From: Marine Group II euryarchaeote MED-G38
GTDB taxonomy: Archaea; Thermoplasmatota; Poseidoniia; Poseidoniales; Thalassarchaeaceae
Assembly (NCBI GenBank): GCA_002457145.1
Contig: NTJP01000007.1
Location: 28,425-92,424 of the forward strand
Direction of reading: 5' to 3'
Length of the DNA stretch: 64,000 bases
This document shows positions 1-10,335 of the stretch, in pieces; within the stretch, counting starts at the first letter, position 1; each line of letters starts with the position of its first letter. The position numbers and the translations under genes were made by a program. The notes below the pieces were generated by a model. That model saw nothing but the letters and a program-made list of their open reading frames with translations, ran no database searches and was not told the origin of the DNA.

Positions 1-2049
1 GATAATAAATAGTGATTTATTATCCTCCTCAGATTCAATATTGTATTCAAGTAAAAAATTACCATTATCATTTGCAGATATACTATCCCATTCAATTCTG
101 ATTGTTATATTTGATTCTTCGGGCATAGTAAGTTCATACTCTAAAATAGATATAGTACTTGATTCCATTTCAGCACCTGGGAAGTATACAAATCGGTTGC
201 AAGTATCCTCAATACAAACTCTAGCATATGTATCATCAAAACCATTATTTTTCATCTGTAAAACATATAATGCACTACCTCCTTCAGATAAATCACCAGT
301 TAATGATTGAGAAACAACTTCTAAATCAACTCCTCTTTTTGGAAATATAGATAAAGGAAAAATTTCTGTTTTTGAATTTCCTGATGAATCATTAACGATT
401 ACAGTTATTTCATGGTTTCCTATTGTAATTGGTGGAAGGAGGAGTTTCTCAACTTCTTCTGACCAGTAAGAAGTCTCCAATAATATATGACCATCCAGAT
501 AAACCTCCCAAGTAGTGTTATTTATAGAATCTAAATCATCATAAGAATTAGAAAAAACTAATTTTATAATATCTCCTTCTCTAGCCGAATCATCTAATTC
601 AATCAAAGAATTATTTGCCATAATATCCATCAATATTATAGGAGAATTTCCATCTGTTACTTTAATTTTCCATTCTTTAGAGATAGAATTTCCTGCATCA
701 TCAGTAACAATTAGTAACATACCCAATTCAGTTGGTTCTTTCGAGTTGTGCCTCTCCATAATACTTAGATGTAATCCATTGATTCCCGAACCTTGTGAAA
801 CAATAAAAGAGAATGTGCCTTCATTAGTTTGATACTGCCTCCATCCGTCGGAAATATTTGTCAGAAGTTCTATAGATGTAGGAAGTTGACTTTCATCATT
901 TGAAGTAATATTTATAATTATTTCACTTCCAGAAATAACTGATAAAATATCACTATGAACATCAAGAACCTGTAAATTACCCCCAATATTTGATGAAATT
1001 TGACCATTCCATTCGGGCATGATACTGTCTATAGTTATATTCTCTGACCATGAAGTATTAATTCCATGAGAATCAGTACAGACAACAATTATGTTAATCA
1101 CTTCTCCATGTTTAAAACCATAATCAGTAGGATTTAACTGAAACCATGGATTTTGTATAGTATCAATTAATTGGTTATTCTTAATTATTTTCCATTCTAT
1201 AATTGGAGTTTCAAGGATACTGTCTTCACAAAAACTTGTATATGTGGTAGACCCATTAAGAGATATCAAAGAAGATTCGGGGTATCTAGATGCAGACAGT
1301 GAGGGAGGAAAATTTTCTCCTATTGTTATTCTGATGTTAGAAGCCACAGGTGAATCGCTACGGTTAACAACGAAATTGTTTGGTTCACCAATAATTATCT
1401 GAGACATTGCGCTATACCTAAATTCCCAATTTTCGGGAAGTGAAATGTGTAAAGGTACTTCTTCTATCAGTGATCCGATTCTAGGCAAGTCTAGAATCCT
1501 TGTAATCCTATTATCAGTCAAACCTGTCAAATTAGCGGATTCAATCCAGCCCCAAATACTATCAGTTTGATTGACTAATCCAGGTAATGGAGCGTTAATT
1601 ATTATTTCATTTTTTGAGGTGAACAATGGAACGTAATCAAATTCACAACATCCTCCAATAGCAGAGTTTGTCCAATTTCTAGAAGATAAAATTAGTTGAG
1701 TGAAATAATATATTTCTGTAGAATTAAGGAAGCTGTCATTATTTCCCATGTATTCATCTATTTGATTTCTAATTCCATTGGATTGATTTGGCAAGAGATC
1801 GGTCCCATATGATTCTAAAATTGAAATTTCAGAATACCAAGAAGCATTGAATTCAGAATTAATTAATATCTGATCAGTTATATTTAGAAATGAATTTCCC
1901 ATTATATAATTAGTAGATGGTGTTCCAGTAGTTTTAGAAAAATCATTATTATTTGAGATATTTGATTCTACTATATTTTGAGAAGGAATTATTACTGAAA
2001 GAATAATTATTAAAGTACATACAATACTAACAATATTATTTTTATTCAT
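1..2049 (-). CDS. Large secreted/surface protein, probably with Ig/PKD-like domains (runs off the left edge)
   Basis: Not in the ORF track. ATG at 2049 with GAGGT SD upstream. Reads MNKNNIVSIVCTLIIILSVIIPSQ (signal-like) then beta-rich N/S/T/I-rich sequence. The frame is open at both ends where I translated it. Confidence 0.8.
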   Translation of the reverse strand, partial: MNKNNIVSIVCTLIIILSVIIPSQNIVESNISNNNDFSKTTGTPSTNYIMGNSFLNITDQILINSEFNASWYSEISILESYGTDLLPNQSNGIRNQIDEYMGNNDSFLNSTEIYYFTQLILSSRNWTNSAIGGCCEFDYVPLFTSKNEIIINAPLPGLVNQTDSIWGWIESANLTGLTDNRITRILDLPRIGSLIEEVPLHISLPENWEFRYSAMSQIIIGEPNNFVVNRSDSPVASNIRITIGENFPPSLSASRYPESSLISLNGSTTYTSFCEDSILETPIIEWKIIKNNQLIDTIQNPWFQLNPTDYGFKHGEVINIIVVCTDSHGINTSWSENITIDSIMPEWNGQISSNIGGNLQVLDVHSDILSVISGSEIIINITSNDESQLPTSIELLTNISDGWRQYQTNEGTFSFIVSQGSGINGLHLSIMERHNSKEPTELGMLLIVTDDAGNSISKEWKIKVTDGNSPIILMDIMANNSLIELDDSAREGDIIKLVFSNSYDDLDSINNTTWEVYLDGHILLETSYWSEEVEKLLLPPITIGNHEITVIVNDSSGNSKTEIFPLSIFPKRGVDLEVVSQSLTGDLSEGGSALYVLQMKNNGFDDTYARVCIEDTCNRFVYFPGAEMESSTISILEYELTMPEESNITIRIEWDSISANDNGNFLLEYNIESEEDNKSLFII

Positions 2050-2060
2050 AAAGAAACCTC

Positions 2061-3044
2061 TTAAATAGAATTGTAGACAATCTGTGACCCATTATGATCT
2101 AATTTTAAAGGTAAGACCTTATACTCTTGTCCAAAATTTGAAAGTAATTTTGTCCTAAATTCTGGCGGTCCATGAACAAGAAAGAATCCCCCTCCTCCTG
2201 CACCCAATAGTTTTGCTCCAGTCGCACCTGTATCGAGTAAGCGAACATAAAGAGAGTCTAACTCTTCATTACTAACACTTTGAGAAAGTTCTCTTTTTAA
2301 TTTCCAGGTTTCAGCAAGTAATTTTCCTAATTCTCTTAATTTTCCATTTTCTAACATTTTCTTCGAAGAGAGTGCCTGAGAACGTATTTTACGTAATCTT
2401 TTTATTTTATTTTCTGCATTATCGCTAGATTCGGCTAATATTTTACTTGCACTCCTTGATAAGCCGGTAAAAATAAGAGAGAATTCATTTTCCATCTTAT
2501 CAATAATTTCTTTTTCAATAACTAATGGCGTTACTTTTACAATATCATGAGAAAATGTGATACAATTAATTCCCCCATAAGCTGCAGCATATTGATCTTG
2601 TCGGCCAATTGGTTGTTTTAGAATATCTATCTCAATCATGCAGGCTTCTTCGGCCAATTGTTTCGGTGAGGTGCTACGGCCCGCATATGTGTGAAGTGCA
2701 TTCAATAAACCTACAGTGACTGAAGAAGAGGACCCTAATCCAGTCCCTCGTGAGGGAATGTCGGCAATAGTAGTAATCTCTACTCCCGATGTAATTCCCG
2801 TTATCCGCATTGCTTCACGAACAAGTTCATGTTCCAAATCTTCAAAATTTTCTACTAATTCCATCTTTGAATAAGATACTCTGACCATGTTGTCAAATCT
2901 TTTGTTCACTGTAATATGTATGTAACTTTGAAGAGATACTGAGACTACCATGCCTCCTTCTTCTTCGGTGTGCGAAAATGAATCAATATCGGTGCCCCCT
3001 CCACAAAAGGAGGCGCGGAGTGGAGTTCGACTGATTATCATCAA
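2061..3044 (-). CDS. GHMP-family sugar-phosphate kinase (HddA/heptose-7-phosphate kinase-like)
   Basis: RTPLRASFCGGGTD, PSRGTGLGSSS, GRQDQYAAAYGG and GAKLLGAGGGG motifs. Confidence 0.85.
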   Translation of the reverse strand: MMIISRTPLRASFCGGGTDIDSFSHTEEEGGMVVSVSLQSYIHITVNKRFDNMVRVSYSKMELVENFEDLEHELVREAMRITGITSGVEITTIADIPSRGTGLGSSSSVTVGLLNALHTYAGRSTSPKQLAEEACMIEIDILKQPIGRQDQYAAAYGGINCITFSHDIVKVTPLVIEKEIIDKMENEFSLIFTGLSRSASKILAESSDNAENKIKRLRKIRSQALSSKKMLENGKLRELGKLLAETWKLKRELSQSVSNEELDSLYVRLLDTGATGAKLLGAGGGGFFLVHGPPEFRTKLLSNFGQEYKVLPLKLDHNGSQIVYNSI

Positions 3045-3160
3045 TACCTCCCGGAAACTCTATCTGACATCAAGACATCGGTTTTTTTAACCATAGAAGG
3101 AATTGTTTAGTAGTAAGGCATATGGAGTGTCGCCCTTCAGCAACATAAAGAGGGAATGCT

Positions 3161-4090
3161 ATGAACGATCTAATAACGATGGATGATCTTACAAATGAAG
3201 AAATTATAAAATTATTAGATGATGCAAAAAAGATGCTTCCTGCTGCAAAAGGAGATGTTTATTTACCACTTCTACAAGGAAAAGTATTAGCAAATATGTT
3301 TTTTGAAAACTCAACTAGAACTAGAATGTCGTTTGAAACTGCTATGAAAAGGTTAGGAGGAAGGGTATTGAATTTTACTTCTGCCGGCTCATCTGTAGCA
3401 AAAGGAGAAACATTGTATGATACAATGCAGATGATCGATGGATATTCAGATGTAGCTGTTATAAGACATCCTCGTCAAGGGGCAGCACAATATAGTGCAG
3501 ATGCCGTAAAAATACCAATTTTGAATGCAGGAGATGGAGCAGGAAACCATCCTACACAAACATTACTTGATTTATTCACCATAAGAGAAGAGCATAATGA
3601 TTTTGAAAATCTAAATATCATGCTTGTAGGTGATTTAAGATATGGTAGAACGGCACATAGCCTATCACATGCATTAGCACGATTTAATGTAAATTTAACT
3701 TTGGTATCTCCTGAAGCTTTAAAAATGCCAAAAGAGATAGTAGATGATTTACTTTCATTGGGATGTAATGTGATTGAAACCGATGAGCTCAATGAAAATA
3801 TCAAACATTCTGATGTAATATACATGACGAGAATACAAAAAGAGCGTTTTCCGGATGAAGACGAATATGCAAAAGTTTCAGGTATCTATAAAATCTCAGA
3901 ATCAAATTTAGTTGGCTCAAAAGAAAATATGATAATTATGCACCCACTACCAAGAGTTAGTGAAATACATCCTTCAGTTGATTCCACTAAGTATGCTAGA
4001 TATTTTCAACAAGCCTTTAATGGAATTCCGACCAGAATGGCTTTACTCTGTAAAAGTCTAGGCATAGATATTGAAAAGGAGGTGTCTTAA
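3161..4090 (+). CDS. pyrB: Aspartate carbamoyltransferase catalytic subunit
   Basis: FFENSTRT, HPTQTLLD and HPLPR motifs. Confidence 0.97.
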   Translation: MNDLITMDDLTNEEIIKLLDDAKKMLPAAKGDVYLPLLQGKVLANMFFENSTRTRMSFETAMKRLGGRVLNFTSAGSSVAKGETLYDTMQMIDGYSDVAVIRHPRQGAAQYSADAVKIPILNAGDGAGNHPTQTLLDLFTIREEHNDFENLNIMLVGDLRYGRTAHSLSHALARFNVNLTLVSPEALKMPKEIVDDLLSLGCNVIETDELNENIKHSDVIYMTRIQKERFPDEDEYAKVSGIYKISESNLVGSKENMIIMHPLPRVSEIHPSVDSTKYARYFQQAFNGIPTRMALLCKSLGIDIEKEVS

Positions 4091-4564
4091 TTGAATGATG
4101 CCGAAATGAGAAGAGTTACTGCGATATGCAATGGTACGGTGATTGATCATATACCCGGTGGTCAATCATTACAGGTTCTGAGAATGTTAAAGCTTGATTC
4201 AGGGAGGTCGAATCCAATTTCTTTAGTAATGAATGTTCCAAGTGATAAGTTAGGACGAAAAGACGTTTTGAAAATTGAGGATAGAGAGTTAGTGCAGGAA
4301 GAATTAGACAGGTTGGCCATAATAGCCTCAGAAGCATCCGTAGCAATAATTAGAAATTATTCAGTTGCAGAGAAAAGAAAAGTTGGATTAAGTGATGAAT
4401 TAATTAATATAATTAAATGCTCATTTTCCAATTGTATTACTCAGAATGAAAGAGAACCATTGCCTCATAAACTAATAGTTGTGAACAAAAGTCCGGTTGA
4501 AATAAGGTGTGCGTATTGTGGTAAAACTCAAGAGATATCAGAAATACCTGACTATATAATATAA
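4091..4564 (+). CDS. pyrI: Aspartate carbamoyltransferase regulatory subunit
   Basis: NGTVIDHI, C-x4-C...C-x2-C zinc site. TTG start directly after the pyrB stop, with GGAGGTG SD. Confidence 0.95.
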   Translation: MNDAEMRRVTAICNGTVIDHIPGGQSLQVLRMLKLDSGRSNPISLVMNVPSDKLGRKDVLKIEDRELVQEELDRLAIIASEASVAIIRNYSVAEKRKVGLSDELINIIKCSFSNCITQNEREPLPHKLIVVNKSPVEIRCAYCGKTQEISEIPDYII

Positions 4565-5560
4565 TTAGACTTCAGATAGCCATTTCTTCATAGTACATGC
4601 TTGACAGATATCCCTACTTGTAACTTCTTTGCATAATGAACAATATTTAATCTTAGGAGATTCTCTAGTACCTTCTCTAAATAATTTTCTAATTTCTTCT
4701 AGTGAGTGTAGAAGCCCGTGCCTTGTACCAGGAGTTTGATTTTCCAAATTTGCGATAACGCCTCTACTTAATTGACGCATTGCACCGGGAGCGTGTGGAC
4801 AATCTCCATGGAAAAATGGTAGATTAGAAACTACCGCATGGGCATGAATCTCTTGCTCTGGTATCCACCTTAATGGTACTATTCTAGGAGATAATCCCTC
4901 CAAAGGAGAGCTTGTATGAGGCGCTAGTCTTATAGAACGCTCAACCTCTCCTTTTTGTAAGTTCATCAAGATTGATTGTGCCATATCATCAAGATTATGG
5001 CCTAATGCCATAACATCAGCTTTAGTTTTGTGTGCTAAAGCATTCAATCCTTGTCTCCTAAATACTCCACAAAAGGAACAGGGCATCATACCATTTGCTT
5101 CATCATGTAAATCGCCAATTTTTGGCATTTTTGATACTACTGAATCCATTCTTTCATAGCCTAATTCTGGATAGCTAATTGTTTCAAAGCGTATTCCTAA
5201 ATCTTTCGATAGATTCATAGCACAGTCCATTGAAGGTTTTCTATATCCTTTAATTCCTTCATCAACACACCCAGCAATTATCTCAACGTCTCTTCTTTTT
5301 CCAATTATATCAACTATCATTGAAAGGAGTACAGCTGAGTCTTTTCCACCAGAAACCGCTACAAGTAATCTAAAGGGAGAACCGTCATCATGACGAGCAT
5401 TTTTAGGTAAAATTAGTTGTTTTCTTAATTCCTTAGCTGTCCTTCTTCTAATCGAATCTGATAGACATTTCCCGCATAAATGTTGTCCACTGTATGCTTG
5501 ATGCAGTATAGATTGTGAAGAGCATTTACTACACTTCTTGACTGAGATGGCCGCACACAT
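4565..5560 (-). CDS. tRNA 2-thiolation protein (TtuA/NcsA/Ncs6 family PP-loop ATPase)
   Basis: SGGKDS PP-loop, CSFCGVFRR, GHNLDD, N- and C-terminal zinc fingers. Confidence 0.9.
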   Translation of the reverse strand: MCAAISVKKCSKCSSQSILHQAYSGQHLCGKCLSDSIRRRTAKELRKQLILPKNARHDDGSPFRLLVAVSGGKDSAVLLSMIVDIIGKRRDVEIIAGCVDEGIKGYRKPSMDCAMNLSKDLGIRFETISYPELGYERMDSVVSKMPKIGDLHDEANGMMPCSFCGVFRRQGLNALAHKTKADVMALGHNLDDMAQSILMNLQKGEVERSIRLAPHTSSPLEGLSPRIVPLRWIPEQEIHAHAVVSNLPFFHGDCPHAPGAMRQLSRGVIANLENQTPGTRHGLLHSLEEIRKLFREGTRESPKIKYCSLCKEVTSRDICQACTMKKWLSEV

Positions 5561-5614
5561 ATCATTTGCTCGAAGGTTTTTGTATTGAAACCATTCTCAT
5601 AAAAATGTAATTTT

Positions 5615-5905
5615 ATGCGATGGATTGATGACTGTAAATGCATTCTCAGATATATGGAGGAAGCGCATTCGCTACCTATGAGAAAAGTAGAACGAGGGAT
5701 GTTTTCTAGTCCGTGGTTAGATAGATTTTGTTTAACTATTACACTTATTTTAGCATATTTTACTTCACCCCTTTTATCTAAATACCTCGAGATTTACATA
5801 GGAGAAAATTCAGAATTATATTGTTTAATTTTTTTAATAATTATGTCGCCATTTGTCGGTGATTTTGTTTCAAAAAGATTGACAAACTACATTTATAAAA
5901 AATAA
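5615..5905 (+). CDS. Small two-helix membrane protein, hypothetical (true start probably further downstream)
   Basis: Fills the gap between two minus-strand genes, has two hydrophobic segments, and its stop abuts the convergent gene's stop. Confidence 0.5.
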   Translation: MRWIDDCKCILRYMEEAHSLPMRKVERGMFSSPWLDRFCLTITLILAYFTSPLLSKYLEIYIGENSELYCLIFLIIMSPFVGDFVSKRLTNYIYKK

Positions 5906-7084
5906 TTATGAACGGAAATTATTTATGTTTAATTCTATATATCCAATGATTCTTTGCCATGGTATTACATACCTCATTCCAGCAACCACCAACATGAATA
6001 AACTAGCAGATATTACCTTTCCATAAGTCATTTGTAATTCTAGTGATTCTTGTACTTGCCCTGACCATTGTGAACCTTGCAAGACTCCTACAAATGACAC
6101 TAGCAAATCATCAAATTGTAATGCTAAAATAGTTACAAAGGTTACTAAAGAAATTATAACAACAAGATGTATTAAATGAGAATTGACTACATTATTAAAT
6201 TGTTTAATATATTCTATATCATTCTTAGACCCTTCAGGAAGAGACATTGCATACTCAAGATGGGTAATTGCAGCTAAACCGGATTCTAAAAATATCAACA
6301 GTAATATCGATATTACCAACAGGTCGAATGCCAACGGAGAAATTAATCCACCTAGCATACTAGAGTTTCCAATTTGAGACGGGAGGGCTTTTAGGCCCAA
6401 ATCAAATGCTCCAGAAATTTCCTCAAATGTAAGTATTGCATGAATACCTATCACCAACAGAAAATATCCCATCGCCCAAGTTAATAATCTACGAGATAAT
6501 CCCCATATACCCATTAGTCCAGTTAAAATAGGTGCAAAAACTACTCCAAGAAAAACTAATTCTAAAAAGAATCCCATTGGAGAAAATAACGATCCGAAGT
6601 GCTTAATTGGCCATTCAGGGCCATTGAAAGCCATTGATGATATCCATGCGAAAAGGAATGGTAAGAATATCCAAATTGCGAGAACTATTCCAGAGATTTT
6701 TTTAATATCATTTTGTAATTTTTCACCTTTTGTGAGCACATAAGACCAAAGAGAAGTTACGATTATACACAAAATTAAAGGACCTGAAAAAGATGACAAA
6801 CCAGATTGTCCGATTCCCAAGAGAAAGTTGGGGATTAATAGATTATGAGTATTACTTAACCAAACTAGGCCTCTTGTATGTTCATATGCCGGACACCAAT
6901 ATGAAGATCCTTCGGCAAGAAGGATGAATTCTTCGGTACAAGAACCGTATAACTGATTCATTCTTATCATTAAAATCAAAAGAGAGAATGTAGAAAGTAA
7001 TTGGAATGTTAAAATTTGCCATTTCCTCCTCAACAGTGGAAGATGTAGTGTCACTCTTGGCTCCTCTTTTTCGACAATATCCAT
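5906..7084 (-). CDS. Multi-pass membrane protein, hypothetical, in operon with DUF58
   Basis: Many hydrophobic helices. Start reassigned to ATG 7084 (MDIVEKEE) behind an AGGAGGT SD that overlaps the DUF58 stop. Confidence 0.8.
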   Translation of the reverse strand: MDIVEKEEPRVTLHLPLLRRKWQILTFQLLSTFSLLILMIRMNQLYGSCTEEFILLAEGSSYWCPAYEHTRGLVWLSNTHNLLIPNFLLGIGQSGLSSFSGPLILCIIVTSLWSYVLTKGEKLQNDIKKISGIVLAIWIFLPFLFAWISSMAFNGPEWPIKHFGSLFSPMGFFLELVFLGVVFAPILTGLMGIWGLSRRLLTWAMGYFLLVIGIHAILTFEEISGAFDLGLKALPSQIGNSSMLGGLISPLAFDLLVISILLLIFLESGLAAITHLEYAMSLPEGSKNDIEYIKQFNNVVNSHLIHLVVIISLVTFVTILALQFDDLLVSFVGVLQGSQWSGQVQESLELQMTYGKVISASLFMLVVAGMRYVIPWQRIIGYIELNINNFRS

Positions 7085-7095
7085 CAATATACCTC

Positions 7096-8349
7096 CTAAG
7101 AACCTTTTACTTGCATTAAGGCCTGTGATAATTCTATATCTGGCATCCAATCAATTACTTTTGCCCCATATCCTGAAATTGCAGTCAATCTATTTTGTCT
7201 TTCGAGTTTTAATACCTCGTATGATAGTCTTGGTATTCTACTAACTAATCTTTCAAGATCTATGCTACTTGGCGATAATACAATTACTTCGTGGCCTCTT
7301 CCTGCTAAACTACGAATTGCAGGAAGTGTGGTCCCATCTCCTTCAAGGCTACTAATTATAAATACTGGAGAACCTCTACTGATTCTTGATGTAATAGCAT
7401 TTGTAACTGCTTGGAGGGGCATTGAGCCAGAGGCTGAAACCGCGGCAAGATTACTTAAAATCTTGAAATTTTGTTTATCACCAGTCTCCGGGCCAAGATA
7501 ATCCATTTTACTACCATATGTAACTAGAGCGACTGAGTCTCTGCGCTTCAAGAAATGGCTTGCCACAGAGGCAGCAGCAATAGTACCCATCTCTAATGAA
7601 TTTTTTAGTACAGTTCCTATTCTTGCAACATCTCTAACGTCAAGAATTACGAAAACATCTGTGACTGCATCCCTGGTTTTCTCATTTACCATTAATTCAC
7701 CGGTCCTTGCAAATGCTTTCCAATTTATAGAGCGGAAAGAATCTCCGGGGATATATTCTCTAAGAGAATAAAATTCCATACCTGGGCCAGGAGTTTTCAG
7801 AGTAGTAGCACCCGTGTACATATTAGGGACATCGGATTTTAATAGAGCTTCTTCGATATCTCTAATTTGTGGGAAAACTGTTACATCTGATCTAGAATCT
7901 ATTTTTGATTCATTAACAAATAAATTGAATGCATTCCTATATCGAACAGAAACAGGGCCGATTGTATAATAACCTCGTAATGGACAACGCACATAGTAAC
8001 TTATCTTTGTACTCTGACCCGGCCCAAGATTGATTTTCATTTTATTGATTCCGAAATGTAATTTCATTTCATGAGGAACATTATCGAAAACTTCTATCTG
8101 TTGTGTTCTTTTATATGATTTATTAGAAATAGTTAGGTCAACCATAATTTTATCTCCTTTGTAAACATTATAAGCAGAAAGTTCTCTATTTATCTCTATA
8201 TCCGAATGTCCATCGACCCACCCGTTAATTGAGAGGAATGCTATGAAAGTTAAACCTATTATTATGAATTGAAAATTTGAAATCATCATACCTATTAAAA
8301 TCAAGCTAATGCCGCTTGCAAGTAATATAGTTCCTTTTCGTGTCCACAT
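7096..8349 (-). CDS. DUF58-domain protein (MoxR-associated, vWA-like)
   Basis: N-terminal TM pair, RGYYTIGP, EFYSLREYIPGDSFRSINWKAFAR signature. Confidence 0.92.
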   Translation of the reverse strand: MWTRKGTILLASGISLILIGMMISNFQFIIIGLTFIAFLSINGWVDGHSDIEINRELSAYNVYKGDKIMVDLTISNKSYKRTQQIEVFDNVPHEMKLHFGINKMKINLGPGQSTKISYYVRCPLRGYYTIGPVSVRYRNAFNLFVNESKIDSRSDVTVFPQIRDIEEALLKSDVPNMYTGATTLKTPGPGMEFYSLREYIPGDSFRSINWKAFARTGELMVNEKTRDAVTDVFVILDVRDVARIGTVLKNSLEMGTIAAASVASHFLKRRDSVALVTYGSKMDYLGPETGDKQNFKILSNLAAVSASGSMPLQAVTNAITSRISRGSPVFIISSLEGDGTTLPAIRSLAGRGHEVIVLSPSSIDLERLVSRIPRLSYEVLKLERQNRLTAISGYGAKVIDWMPDIELSQALMQVKGS

Positions 8350-8359
8350 AAAATATCAC

Positions 8360-9994
8360 CTAGTTATTCAAGTTCCCCCACTCTTTGATTCTTTTGACAA
8401 CTCCAACTAGTTCATCAGGCCTATATTTTCTATCTTCAAAAATAAATCTAATTAAAACTGGATCCTTTACCATATTTTGTAATTCTGCAGCAGGGAGTGC
8501 ATCGAATTCTTCTCTGGATAATGTGTTAAGGTTCCTTATCCTAGTAAGCAAAACTTGTCTTATTTTATCAGACTTTTGATAGTATTCATACCTAGTAGCA
8601 TCGCCAAAACCATAGTAAATTATTCTGAATATATGTCGCCAATCTTCTGGATCTTCTTTTCTGATTATTATTGCTTCTAATGAAATAAATAATATTAAGA
8701 ATAAAATTAGCATAGCCATCCAATCGTTGGTAAAATAAATTAATAAATAATATATTAAATTATAAATATCACCAAAAATATTTTGTTGTTGATGCCTACT
8801 TTCATCGAATATTACAAGAGCATTACTGCTAATATTAGTTCCGGATTGACTCACTAAAAGTGATTCTGCAATTATATCTAATGCCCATTTCCTATTATCG
8901 TTTTCAGGGACTAAACCTGAATAAAATTGGTCAAATTCCGGATTATAAAGTGAATTTATTAGCATTGAGCCGTCAGAAACAAAATGAATCCTACCAGATG
9001 TTGCCGACCTACAAAGGATATTATCACAATAACGTACATAGACCGGGAAAGGTCCTTGTTCATCTCCTTGGATGCCTAATGCTTCATAGCCACCAATTGT
9101 ATAATTACCATCATCATTATTATCCATCCATGAGTCTAAGGTTGTTCTGGCTATAACATAACGATGCTCTGATGGGTTATATGCCGAGGTTTTTTCAAAT
9201 CCCGATAGTCCATTTGTGAGTAGATTATATTCCTCACTGAAGTCCCATTGTCCAGTTTCAACATCAAATCTATGGGCGCATAATCCTACATTCAATAGAT
9301 TGATTACAGGATTTGGAGCATTGGGGTCATTAGGATCTCCATCCAGTAAATCTATTACACCATCATTATCAAAATCACGAATACATGGATTAACTGATTT
9401 TTGAGAATTAGGAGTAGAAGTAAAATTATATGCAGAGGTAGTATTAACCCACACAAAATTGTAGCCTAGATCTCTATCGTAAGACTCTCCATCATACAAA
9501 CTATGACCAGTATACTCTAATCCAAATTGCTTTGCCAAATTACTAGAATATCCAAAGTCATCCATTAAAAGAACGGTCCCTCCACGTTCAACATATTGAG
9601 CTATAGCAACTATTTCTGAAGATGTATATCCATCTCCTTCTGAAAACTGGATAACATCTTCATCTCCTGTAAATCTAGGTAATGATATTGTATCTCTTTC
9701 AACACCTGAAATAACAAATATAGACTCTTCTGGGTATTCAACTTCACTTAATAGTAATGGACTAGAAACTAGAGCAGTTGTAGGGATATCTAAGTCATTT
9801 AATTCTGCTCTGAATGATCCTAAATCATTCCAATCATCCCCATATGCTGATTGTTGAGTTTCGCCTGGTATGACATAAGATATTGCAATAGAAGAGACCA
9901 GTAATATCAATAGAGTCCAGAATGAGAAAAGTAGTGCATTACGACGATATTTTTGAGAAGTGATTCTTTTTGAGAGTCTTTTCCAATCAACCAT
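8360..9994 (-). CDS. DUF4350-like membrane-anchored protein
   Basis: N-terminal TM, WNDLGSF, YVERGGTVLLMDDFG, VSDGSMLINS, VIFDESRH, second TM. Start ATG 9994 behind AGGTG (track start GTG 10006). Confidence 0.75.
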   Translation of the reverse strand: MVDWKRLSKRITSQKYRRNALLFSFWTLLILLVSSIAISYVIPGETQQSAYGDDWNDLGSFRAELNDLDIPTTALVSSPLLLSEVEYPEESIFVISGVERDTISLPRFTGDEDVIQFSEGDGYTSSEIVAIAQYVERGGTVLLMDDFGYSSNLAKQFGLEYTGHSLYDGESYDRDLGYNFVWVNTTSAYNFTSTPNSQKSVNPCIRDFDNDGVIDLLDGDPNDPNAPNPVINLLNVGLCAHRFDVETGQWDFSEEYNLLTNGLSGFEKTSAYNPSEHRYVIARTTLDSWMDNNDDGNYTIGGYEALGIQGDEQGPFPVYVRYCDNILCRSATSGRIHFVSDGSMLINSLYNPEFDQFYSGLVPENDNRKWALDIIAESLLVSQSGTNISSNALVIFDESRHQQQNIFGDIYNLIYYLLIYFTNDWMAMLILFLILFISLEAIIIRKEDPEDWRHIFRIIYYGFGDATRYEYYQKSDKIRQVLLTRIRNLNTLSREEFDALPAAELQNMVKDPVLIRFIFEDRKYRPDELVGVVKRIKEWGNLNN

Positions 9995-10084
9995 GTTCGA
10001 GACCACCTGTGCTCAATTTTAATCAACGAGCATTAAGTTCATCTTAAGACCGTTGTGAGGCCATGAACGAGACGGCATCATGAA

Positions 10085-10327
10085 TTAGCGAGATAATTGA
10101 ACGTGCTTTCCAATGTTACTAATTTCATCGGTTGGTATAGATACTAGGCCTTCTTGAATTGGCCATGGCAAAACTTTAGGATCTAAATCAGGTTCTAATG
10201 ACACTAAAATAGCAACTATATTACCAGTAGATGAGTCTATAGTAAAATCTGCGAGAGTTCCCAAAACTTCCCCTGCGACATCGACTACTTTGCGGCGCAA
10301 TATTTCCATACTGAATGTTGATGTCAT
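10085..10327 (-). CDS. PRC-barrel domain protein
   Basis: KVVDVAGEVLGTLADFTID..TGNI...IP.DEISNIGKHV pattern; GAGGT SD. Confidence 0.85.
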   Translation of the reverse strand: MTSTFSMEILRRKVVDVAGEVLGTLADFTIDSSTGNIVAILVSLEPDLDPKVLPWPIQEGLVSIPTDEISNIGKHVQLSR

Positions 10328-10335
10328 TTTATACC

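Noticed and set aside
41..310. 89-aa plus-strand ORF in the track
   Set aside because: Antisense shadow of the long minus-strand ORF 1-2049, which has a signal peptide and SD.
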